64,000 bases of DNA from a virus, in IMG/VR virus record IMGVR_UViG_3300018080_000099, positions 128,001-192,000 of that record; one strand, given 5' to 3'. Every line of letters starts with the position of its first letter. The first letter of the stretch is position 1. Positions 56,747 through 64,000 of this stretch are shown piece by piece. The position numbers were made by a program, and so were the translations under genes. The notes beneath the pieces are model-generated. The model was given only the letters and a program-made list of their open reading frames with translations. It was not told the origin of the DNA and did not search any database.

Positions 56747-57297
56747 TTTGGCACAAACAATTTCCGAAACTTATACAACACATAGCGAAGGGCATGAGTG
56801 TAAGCAATGGCTTAAACAACTACTTGGAGCTGGGTGTGTTTCGGGGTAGGACTTTTAATAGAGTTGCCCCATATGCCAAGAATGCCTATGCCGTTGATAT
56901 GAAGAAGGTTTTCTACAAATATATCGCCCACAACGAGAACCTCGTGTGGTACAGATGTACCACGGACGAGTTCTTTGAACAGTTGGACGAGAATACGATG
57001 TTTGATTTAGTATTCATAGACGCTAACCATTCCCGTGAGAATAGCATGAGGGACTTTAAGAACTCTTTTAAGCACTTAAATGGGAATGGAATAATCTTAT
57101 TGCATGACACTTATCCACCGGACGAATCTCAGATTACTGATGGAATCAATGGATGTGGCACAGCATATCAAACGGCTTTAGAAATTAAGCAGGAATGGGG
57201 AGAAGTCTGTGAAATAACGACACTTCCGTTCTGGTTTGGGATTTCAATAGTGAGGAAAATTTCAAATAATGTTCAGCTATATTGGAAAGGAGAGTAA
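56743..57297 (+). CDS. Class I SAM-dependent O-methyltransferase (TylF/MycF-like)
   Basis: YLELGVFRGRT (motif I) and DLVFIDANHS (DxDH). Confidence 0.65.
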   Translation: MIWHKQFPKLIQHIAKGMSVSNGLNNYLELGVFRGRTFNRVAPYAKNAYAVDMKKVFYKYIAHNENLVWYRCTTDEFFEQLDENTMFDLVFIDANHSRENSMRDFKNSFKHLNGNGIILLHDTYPPDESQITDGINGCGTAYQTALEIKQEWGEVCEITTLPFWFGISIVRKISNNVQLYWKGE

Positions 57298-57653
57298 TCA
57301 TGATTAAGCAATCCAAGATTTGGGGTGAAACAAGTAAATTCTTTTCAAAGAATAATGTGGAGATACATAGACTAAATATAACTGAGGGAGGCTATTGTAG
57401 CGAACACTACCACAACTTTAAGTACAACATGTTCTTAGTTGAGAGTGGTGAGATTGAAGTGACAATCTATCGTGATAATGGTATCAAGGAAACGACAGTT
57501 TTGAAGGATTGTGACCAGACTACAGTTCCCCCGAATTTCATTCATCGCTTCAAAGCCAATAAGGATTCAGTAGTCTATGAAATATATTGGGTTGCCCTTG
57601 AAGGTGAAGATATTGAGAGGCGTACTGTTGGAGGGACAACAGTAATAGAATGA
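57282..57653 (+). CDS. Cupin-fold protein (sugar epimerase/isomerase-like, RmlC/FdtA type)
   Basis: SEHYHNFKYNMFLVESGEIEV cupin motif. 123 aa. Confidence 0.45.
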   Translation: MERRVIMIKQSKIWGETSKFFSKNNVEIHRLNITEGGYCSEHYHNFKYNMFLVESGEIEVTIYRDNGIKETTVLKDCDQTTVPPNFIHRFKANKDSVVYEIYWVALEGEDIERRTVGGTTVIE

Positions 57654-57659
57654 AACACT

Positions 57660-57667
57660 TATAAATA
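57660..57667 (+). promoter_or_regulatory. T4-type late promoter TATAAATA
   Basis: Exact motif 35 nt upstream of the ATG at 57703, with AGGAGG in between. Confidence 0.5.
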
Positions 57668-57702
57668 TATAAGTAAGCTGCAAATTATTTCAGGAGGATA
57701 AC

Positions 57703-57909
57703 ATGCCAATCGTAGTAGGAACGCTTAATATTCCGGGCGAAGATGACCAGACTACAGTCTCAGCTGTAGACATTGATGCCAACGGACAGACTGTACTGAT
57801 TACTTATGTTGATAGTAGTGGAAATCTTAAAGTCAAGGGTACGAGTATTACACAGAACGTAGACGGAAGTCTACCAGTTCCAATGTCAGGTTGTTCTATA
57901 ACACCTTAA
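57703..57909 (+). CDS. Small hypothetical protein
   Basis: 68-aa ORF with RBS AGGAGG. Confidence 0.45.
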   Translation: MPIVVGTLNIPGEDDQTTVSAVDIDANGQTVLITYVDSSGNLKVKGTSITQNVDGSLPVPMSGCSITP

Positions 57910-57922
57910 CGGAAATTGATAA

Positions 57923-59011
57923 ATGAACCTTGAAGATTTCAAAAGAGAAAAAGAAATCCAAGAAGGTCTTCAGGAAATTTTTAGCGATAATACAAAGCCA
58001 GAACAAATTGACGAAAGTAAAAAGGTTAAGATTTCCAAAGAGGGCTTAAAGGAATTCCTCAAAAAGGACGAAAAACCTGTTGTCGAAGAGCCAGTTGAGG
58101 AGCCGGTTGAGGAACACATTCACGAACCTGTGCCAGAGCCGGAACCAAATCCAGTATCGGATTTGGAAGATAATCCCGAGGATGAAGTTTGGGATGAGCC
58201 TGTCGAGGAAGAAGTTGCTAAAACTCCTAACATGATGGATAGGCTTCTTGAAAAGGAAGAAGCTCCTGAGGGACCACAGACAGTTCAGACGAGCATGGCT
58301 CAGTACCTCGCGTATGGAGGCGGTGGAGAGAACAACTCCATTGTCAACTTAGGTGAAGGGACAACTATCTATAAGGATAAGATTGGGCCAGACCTTCGTA
58401 TTAAAACGCTTTCCGCCACAGGCAGTGCTTCACTTTCCGAAGTCGGAGATGTAATTGTTATTAATGCCACCGATGTAAGTGGTACTGACTCTTGGAGAGG
58501 AGTTTCGGCGGACTACTATACCAAGTCTGAAACATATTCACAGACTGAAGTTGATGCTCTTATATCAGGTGTCAGTGCTGACTCTGATTCATGGCCTTCA
58601 GTATCCGCAGACTATTACAATAAGACAGATACAGATAGCTTGTTAGCTACAAAGGCGGACATTTCTGCCGTTTCAGCAGACGCAGATTCATGGCCTTCAG
58701 TATCAGCCGACTATTACAATAAGACGGAAGTTGATGCATTAGTTTCGGGTGCAAATGTTATAAGTCAAACAGTTTCATACTCAGCAACATCCGCAGACGA
58801 TGTTATTCTTTGTAGTGCTTCAAATGTAAGTCTTTTACCAGCAAATGAAGTAGAAAATAGAACTATCAGTGTAAAGAATAGAAGCAATACAACGCAGTGT
58901 ACAGTTGATGTGCAAGGTGGCGGAACGATAGATAAAGTCACAAGTCAAGTAATATTGGCTTTAGACAACTTACAGGTTGTTTCAGATGGGACGGAATACT
59001 GGATAATTTAA
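57923..59011 (+). CDS. Fibre protein with a Pro/Glu-rich N-terminus, the shared GGGGENNSI module and three internal tandem repeats
   Basis: AYGGGGENNSIVNLGEG is paralogous to 47255-48244. Repeats (D)SWPSVSADYYNKT(D/E) occur three times. Confidence 0.55.
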   Translation: MNLEDFKREKEIQEGLQEIFSDNTKPEQIDESKKVKISKEGLKEFLKKDEKPVVEEPVEEPVEEHIHEPVPEPEPNPVSDLEDNPEDEVWDEPVEEEVAKTPNMMDRLLEKEEAPEGPQTVQTSMAQYLAYGGGGENNSIVNLGEGTTIYKDKIGPDLRIKTLSATGSASLSEVGDVIVINATDVSGTDSWRGVSADYYTKSETYSQTEVDALISGVSADSDSWPSVSADYYNKTDTDSLLATKADISAVSADADSWPSVSADYYNKTEVDALVSGANVISQTVSYSATSADDVILCSASNVSLLPANEVENRTISVKNRSNTTQCTVDVQGGGTIDKVTSQVILALDNLQVVSDGTEYWII

Positions 59012-59023
59012 GGAGAAACATAA

Positions 59024-60241
59024 ATGAGTTTTCTTGATAGAACAAAAAGAATACCAAAGTTTACAGGCACAATCTATTATGTTGAGCCTGATGGTGATGA
59101 TAGTAATGACGGATTATCTCCTGAGGCAGATTTGCAGACAATTGGCGCAGCTATTGCTAAATTAAGTTCTGGTGATGCTATTGTAGTCGGAGCAGGAAAC
59201 TATACAGAAAATAATTTGAATTTGAATGTCAACGCTTGTGAAATGTGGTTTGAAATTGGTGCTCAAATATCTCCAACGTCTGGTACTGCTCTTACTATTT
59301 CTGGTAACTTTTGCAGAGTAACTTGTCGTGAAGGTGCTTTGAAAGTCAACCCTGCCAACGGTGAGGCTGGTGTTGTTGTTACTGGTAATTTCTGCTATCT
59401 TGACGAAATAAGAGTAGCTTGTAATTCAGTAGGAACTTTTGGTTATGATTTTCAAGGGGATGGTGCTGATGCAAGAAGATGTAGATGTGCTTCTCCAACT
59501 TCAGCGGCATTTAGAATACAAGGCGACACTTGTAAGCTTGAGGACTGTTGTACAGGTGGAGAAGTTGCTAATAATTCTATTGGATTTTGGATTACAACAT
59601 CTGCTGATAAACCAAGGTTAAAATATTGTGGTTCACAGGGCCATGCGGCTGGTGGTTTTATAGTTGATGCTGGAGTAACAAATGGTGCATTGAACTGGAT
59701 TTACACAGGCGAAGGCGATGGTAAATGGAGAGATGATACTCGTGCTTGTGTTTGGGGTGAATTGGATTATGACGATGAACACTTTACAACAATTACACTA
59801 GATGGTTCTACAACATACAATCTTTTTAAGTTTACAGGCGCAGTAAGACTTTCAGATATTTATGGGAATGTTATTAGTGCAATAGATAATACGAGTAGCA
59901 GTATTCATTTAGAATTGTATTCTACTAGTGGTACTGCTGATATAACAGATGCACCCGGACTACAGATTCAAGCAGACCCATCTGGAACTTTATACATGCG
60001 AAATGAGCCGTCTGACCAGGCTTTAAATAAAGCTGAAACAGATTCAGGGCCAGCATTTACAGAGGCAGACCCCGGAAGTTTCTTTAATCCATCAGACAAG
60101 ACATCAGTTGATTGTGTAGCAGACACTAATGCAGATACTTATGTCAGGTTAGTTTTAAGTGATGCTGTTACTGGTGGCCAGATGCGTTGGCATTGTCATT
60201 GGATGCCTTTGTCTAATGATGGATTTTTAGAAGATGTATAA
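59024..60241 (+). CDS. Right-handed beta-helix (pectin-lyase fold) tailspike/depolymerase-like protein
   Basis: Repeated GNFC/NxxG coils: ISGNFCRVTCREGALKV, VVTGNFCYLDEI, FRIQGDTCKLEDC. Confidence 0.5.
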   Translation: MSFLDRTKRIPKFTGTIYYVEPDGDDSNDGLSPEADLQTIGAAIAKLSSGDAIVVGAGNYTENNLNLNVNACEMWFEIGAQISPTSGTALTISGNFCRVTCREGALKVNPANGEAGVVVTGNFCYLDEIRVACNSVGTFGYDFQGDGADARRCRCASPTSAAFRIQGDTCKLEDCCTGGEVANNSIGFWITTSADKPRLKYCGSQGHAAGGFIVDAGVTNGALNWIYTGEGDGKWRDDTRACVWGELDYDDEHFTTITLDGSTTYNLFKFTGAVRLSDIYGNVISAIDNTSSSIHLELYSTSGTADITDAPGLQIQADPSGTLYMRNEPSDQALNKAETDSGPAFTEADPGSFFNPSDKTSVDCVADTNADTYVRLVLSDAVTGGQMRWHCHWMPLSNDGFLEDV

Positions 60242-60249
60242 ATGATTAG

Positions 60250-60257
60250 CATAAATA
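60250..60257 (+). promoter_or_regulatory. Near-consensus late promoter CATAAATA
   Basis: 18 nt upstream of the ATG at 60275, with AGAGGAG in between. Confidence 0.3.
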
Positions 60258-60274
60258 AGTAAGAGGAGTATGAT

Positions 60275-60550
60275 ATGCCAGAACTTAACAAAGAACTTCT
60301 GTATGAGAAAATTGCTACAATCAGTGAAGCGAAAGGAAAGCTGATAACTGAGAAGGAGCAGTTGGTTAAGGAGAACGAGGAATTCAAGAAGAAGATTGAC
60401 GAGCTTGAACAGCAAGTCAAGGCTCTTCAGGCCGGTGTCTCTATGGAGTCAATGGTCAAACTCGTTGATGAATTGAAGCAAAAGTTGGTAGAAGAAATCA
60501 ACGCTCAGAAGGAAGATAAAGAAGATGTCGAAAGCGGAACACAAGAGTAA
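60275..60550 (+). CDS. Coiled-coil small protein
   Basis: 91-aa ORF. Confidence 0.45.
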   Translation: MPELNKELLYEKIATISEAKGKLITEKEQLVKENEEFKKKIDELEQQVKALQAGVSMESMVKLVDELKQKLVEEINAQKEDKEDVESGTQE

Positions 60551-60947
60551 TGTAGACACGATTCTGTCTTACATCCTTGTGAAGAAATTGGTAACTCCAA
60601 TCATTCGCTCGGATGCTTATAGATTGAAGTTAGTCAACCAAGCAGGCAAGGTTGTTAGGGAACCCGTGACCGAACCGGAACGTGCCGCCTTGACACTCTT
60701 GGATAGAATTGTCTTTAAGCTAAAGAGACTGTTGGGCGGAAAGCTATTGAACCTCAACAACTTTCTTTACCTTCAGACAATCAACAACGACTTCTACAAC
60801 AAGTTAGTTGTTCGTGGAACTGTTCGTCAAAGGGCAGAGATACGAAGGATTGCCAAGGATGTACGAAGTATCAAAGAGAAGTATAACTTGGAGAATGATG
60901 AAGTCGTCTACTCTCTAATCACAGAAGAACTAGAGAAGGAATTTTAA
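60525..60947 (+). CDS. Hypothetical protein
   Basis: 140-aa ORF. Confidence 0.45.
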   Translation: MSKAEHKSNVDTILSYILVKKLVTPIIRSDAYRLKLVNQAGKVVREPVTEPERAALTLLDRIVFKLKRLLGGKLLNLNNFLYLQTINNDFYNKLVVRGTVRQRAEIRRIAKDVRSIKEKYNLENDEVVYSLITEELEKEF

Positions 60948-60948
60948 G

Positions 60949-61275
60949 ATGCCAAAGAAAGCAGAAATAGAAGCAAAGTATGCTGATGAAGAAGCAAGAC
61001 TTCGTGAGAAATTTGCAATGGACCTTGCTCGACTAAAGCAGAGAAAAGCTCGCGACCTTGAAAGAGTCGAAGAAGAAGTTGAAACCGAGGAAGCTCAAGC
61101 CGCTATTACTACCACGTCAGTTGGTAATGCCGCCTCAGCTGGTGGACAAGCCAACTATGCTCCTCACATGGGAACCTTCTCCCGTAGAGGATTCAAGAAG
61201 GCTCCTTCTAAGCATAAGAAGAAGGAACGCAAAAAGGCGAGAACGTGGCAAGAGCATTACTTTGAAGAAAAATAA
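60949..61275 (+). CDS. Hypothetical protein with a basic C-terminus
   Basis: 108-aa ORF. Confidence 0.45.
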   Translation: MPKKAEIEAKYADEEARLREKFAMDLARLKQRKARDLERVEEEVETEEAQAAITTTSVGNAASAGGQANYAPHMGTFSRRGFKKAPSKHKKKERKKARTWQEHYFEEK

Positions 61276-61284
61276 GGAGCTAAC

Positions 61285-63120
61285 ATGGCCGTAGATTTCA
61301 GTAAGTTTTTCTTGTTTAACCCATTCGCCAAATACTTCAGGCAATCGCGTCCTGAAGAAGAGGCAAGGGAACAGGAAGAAATTCAGAACAGTCAGGGTAT
61401 TTCCCAAGAGGAAATTGACCTTGCTAACTTCATAAACTACGACTATCTGTCTACGCCGGGATATACGATGACTTACATCGGCATCCAGTTCGAACAGTAC
61501 TTCGCAAGTAAGGCTGGACGAATCCTCAAGTACAGACAGATGGCGCGCTATCCAATCATCAATGATGGAATTAATCAGATTTGTGATGAAGCCATTGTTG
61601 ACAATGCTGACGGTGGCGTTCTGGACCTTGAAATCAACGAGGAAATCCCAGAACACATCGAAGCTGAAATTCGTAAGATTTGGAACTATCTCACAGTGAC
61701 CGTTTTCAGGTTCAACGAAAGAGGATGGGAACTATTCAGGAAGTGGCTTGTAGAAGCAGAACTCTATGTTGAAATGGTTCTGAATGATAAGGGAGATGAC
61801 ATCATTGGTATTAAGGTTCTCCCTGCACATACCATGACTCCAGTCTATGACGAAAACAAGATTAAAGCCTTCATGCAAGTTGGAACGAATATGCCTGATG
61901 AGGATATTCGTAGAGTCTATCCAGACAATGCCAATCGTGGAAACGTATCATACGCACACACTCAGAACTTCTCTCAGGGGATGGCTAACAATGTCATTTT
62001 CGATAAGGACCAAGTTGCCTATTCCAACTTCGGAGACTTTGGTGACAGCCTTCTTGACGTAAGAGGGTATTTGGACCCAGCAATCCGTTCATACAACCAG
62101 CTCAAGAACATGGAAGATGCTTTGGTTGTTTACAGATTGGTTCGTGCTCCACAGAGAAGAGTCTGGAACATTTACACTGCAAGAATGCCGAAGGGTAAAG
62201 CTGATGAATATGTCAGACAGTTAGCCTTCAGATATAAAAAGAAAGTCATCTATGACCCAGAGACTGGTGCCATGAACTCGGCTCAGAACGTACAGGGTTT
62301 GACAGAGGACTTTTGGTTCACTCGTGACATCAACGGTAACGGTACAACGGTAGACACCATCGGTGGAGACTCCAACTTTGGTGAGATGGATGACATTAAG
62401 TACTTCCAAGAAAACCTGTACAAGACAATGAACCTTCCTAAGACTCGTTGGGATGACGTTGCCGCTGACAACCAGTACACAACTGGTAAGTCCGGTGAAA
62501 TTGCCAGAGAAGAAATCAAGTTCTCTCGTATGGTAGAGAGAATGCAGAGAAGATTCAAGTATGTAATCCTTGACCCATTCATGACATTGCTTAGACTTCG
62601 TGGCATAGATGAAAGATATGTTGACTACAACATGTACAACATCAATTTCACTAAGTCCAACCTGTTCAAGGAATACAAGGAACTCGAACTGCTTGAAGCC
62701 AGAATCGCCATCCTTGGTTCCGTTAGTGAATTCATTTACGATGCTGAGGAAAATCCAACGGGATTCTTTGCTAAGGAGTTTGCACTACGAAGATTCTTCT
62801 TGATTAGTGATGAGGATTATAACTGGAACAAGGAGCTTTTGGAGAAGCAACAGCAAGCCGCGGCACCGGAGGAAGGTGAAGGTGAGGAAGCTGGTGGTGG
62901 CGGCTTCGGAGGCGGCGGAGCCGAAGAAGCTGGAGGTTTTGGTGGTGAGGAAGCTGGTGGTGGTGAGGAAGCCGCCCCGGCGGAAACGCCTGAGTCTATT
63001 AACTTTAAGATAGACCAAATAGACACATCCATCCTTAAGGAGTGGAACCAGTTAGATGAGTCTATCAAGGACAGATATAGAGATAAGTCTCTAAGGAACA
63101 AACATAAAAAGCGAAAATAA
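61285..63120 (+). CDS. Portal protein candidate (gp20 position)
   Basis: 611 aa. Lies immediately upstream of a small protein and the prohead protease, in T4 20-67/68-21 order. Gly/Glu-rich C-terminal tail. Confidence 0.5.
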   Translation: MAVDFSKFFLFNPFAKYFRQSRPEEEAREQEEIQNSQGISQEEIDLANFINYDYLSTPGYTMTYIGIQFEQYFASKAGRILKYRQMARYPIINDGINQICDEAIVDNADGGVLDLEINEEIPEHIEAEIRKIWNYLTVTVFRFNERGWELFRKWLVEAELYVEMVLNDKGDDIIGIKVLPAHTMTPVYDENKIKAFMQVGTNMPDEDIRRVYPDNANRGNVSYAHTQNFSQGMANNVIFDKDQVAYSNFGDFGDSLLDVRGYLDPAIRSYNQLKNMEDALVVYRLVRAPQRRVWNIYTARMPKGKADEYVRQLAFRYKKKVIYDPETGAMNSAQNVQGLTEDFWFTRDINGNGTTVDTIGGDSNFGEMDDIKYFQENLYKTMNLPKTRWDDVAADNQYTTGKSGEIAREEIKFSRMVERMQRRFKYVILDPFMTLLRLRGIDERYVDYNMYNINFTKSNLFKEYKELELLEARIAILGSVSEFIYDAEENPTGFFAKEFALRRFFLISDEDYNWNKELLEKQQQAAAPEEGEGEEAGGGGFGGGGAEEAGGFGGEEAGGGEEAAPAETPESINFKIDQIDTSILKEWNQLDESIKDRYRDKSLRNKHKKRK

Positions 63121-63130
63121 GTATTTCAAT

Positions 63131-63138
63131 TATAAATA
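63131..63138 (+). promoter_or_regulatory. T4-type late promoter TATAAATA
   Basis: Exact motif 42 nt upstream of the ATG at 63180. Confidence 0.5.
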
Positions 63139-63179
63139 CCTATGTAGCTATAAGCTAACAATGAATAAGGGAGGTTTTT

Positions 63180-63368
63180 ATGAATTCAGTTGTTAAGAGA
63201 GTACTAAACGGAGATTGGGCAAGCCTTCAGACCGATGTAGAGAAGATGGCGGCTGACAAAGTTCAGGCCAAGGTTGATGCTAAGAAGGTCGAGGTTCTTG
63301 CAAAAATCAACGACATTAGTGCTGACAAGCAAAAGGAATTAATAGCTGTTTCTAGCGAAGGGGAATAA
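63180..63368 (+). CDS. Small prohead-core-like protein
   Basis: 62-aa ORF between the portal candidate and the protease. Confidence 0.4.
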   Translation: MNSVVKRVLNGDWASLQTDVEKMAADKVQAKVDAKKVEVLAKINDISADKQKELIAVSSEGE

Positions 63369-63371
63369 GAG

Positions 63372-64000
63372 ATGAAACTATTAACCGAATTTGTTTCTTT
63401 CGATAAGCTGGAAGTTCTTACGGAAGAGGAAGAAGGAAAGAAAGTTTTCAGATTGAGAGGCCCTTTTTTGGAAGCTGAAATCGAGAACAAGAATGGAAGG
63501 GTTTATTCCAAGGACATTCTGGTTCGCGAAGTTGATGATTTTGTAAAGAACAAAATCAAGATGAATCGCTCAATGGGCGAGCTTGACCATCCTGAGAATC
63601 CGCAAATCAACCTAGAAAGAGTATCACACATTATCGAGAACCTTGAGATGAAGGATAACGTTGGTTATGGTTCAGCTCGTATTATTGATACTCCGATGGG
63701 TAAGATTGCTAAGACTCTTGTGGATGAGGGTGTTATTGTCGGTATGTCAACTCGTGGAGTTGGCTCACTTGACGGTAAGACGGTTAAGGAGGACTACAAA
63801 TTGATTACTGTTGATATAGTTGCTGACCCTTCGGCACCTAATTGCTTCGTAGAGGGTGTCTTGGAGAACAAGGAATTTATCATTGACGGCGATGAAATTG
63901 TCGAAGTCGCGGTAAGAAATTTGCAGAAAAAGGTCGAAAAGAAGTACGACCCTAAGTCAATGTCTAATCATGTGTTAAGTTACATGTTGGACTTCGTAAA
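63372..64000 (+). CDS. Prohead core protease (T4 gp21-like), partial; runs past the window end
   Basis: N-terminal LTEEEEGKKVFRLRGPFLEAEI...GELDHPE pattern like T4 gp21. Its position follows the portal/small-core genes. Confidence 0.55.
   Translation, partial: MKLLTEFVSFDKLEVLTEEEEGKKVFRLRGPFLEAEIENKNGRVYSKDILVREVDDFVKNKIKMNRSMGELDHPENPQINLERVSHIIENLEMKDNVGYGSARIIDTPMGKIAKTLVDEGVIVGMSTRGVGSLDGKTVKEDYKLITVDIVADPSAPNCFVEGVLENKEFIIDGDEIVEVAVRNLQKKVEKKYDPKSMSNHVLSYMLDFV

Overview
This window looks like part of a lytic, T4-like (Tevenvirinae-style) phage genome. It splits into two arms either side of a divergent control region at about 33.2-33.5 kb.

Left arm (about 0.7-33.2 kb), all on the minus strand: early/middle genes for replication, recombination and nucleotide metabolism. 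I recognise, from motifs, a gp1-like dNMP kinase, gp44-like clamp loader, gp45-like clamp, MazG-like pyrophosphatase, a class II ribonucleotide reductase, rnh-like FEN/RNase H, gp61-like primase, gp32 ssDNA-binding protein, gp41 DnaB-like helicase, UvsX/RecA recombinase, gp43 family-B DNA polymerase, gp47/gp46 (SbcD/SbcC-like) nuclease and the gp55 late sigma factor. Several of these clusters are preceded by a conserved sigma70-type promoter with an extended -10 and an invariant spacer.

Right arm (33.5-64 kb), all on the plus strand: late and structural genes, several of them preceded by T4-type late promoters (TATAAATA). It contains a UvsW-like SF2 helicase gene interrupted by a 1.5 kb AT-rich insertion that carries an HNH homing endonuclease, two very large virion proteins with hundreds of residues of Ser-Glu-Ser low-complexity C-terminal tails, fibre and beta-helix tailspike genes, a portal and the start of a prohead protease.

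The most interesting part is a seven-gene cluster at 51.3-57.7 kb, between the serine-rich proteins and the fibres. It encodes a GT8/Maf-like two-domain glycosyltransferase, a GT8 fused to a radical-SAM/SPASM domain, a GT2 glycosyltransferase, two sugar-type SAM methyltransferases and a cupin. I interpret this as a candidate phage-encoded glycosylation system, probably O-glycosylation of the serine-rich virion proteins.

At the far left there is a small RNA-rich region: a tRNA-like element, a consensus sigma70 promoter, an attenuator/terminator hairpin and a GC-rich transcript.

Everything here is called from motifs read by eye. No database searches or computations were run.
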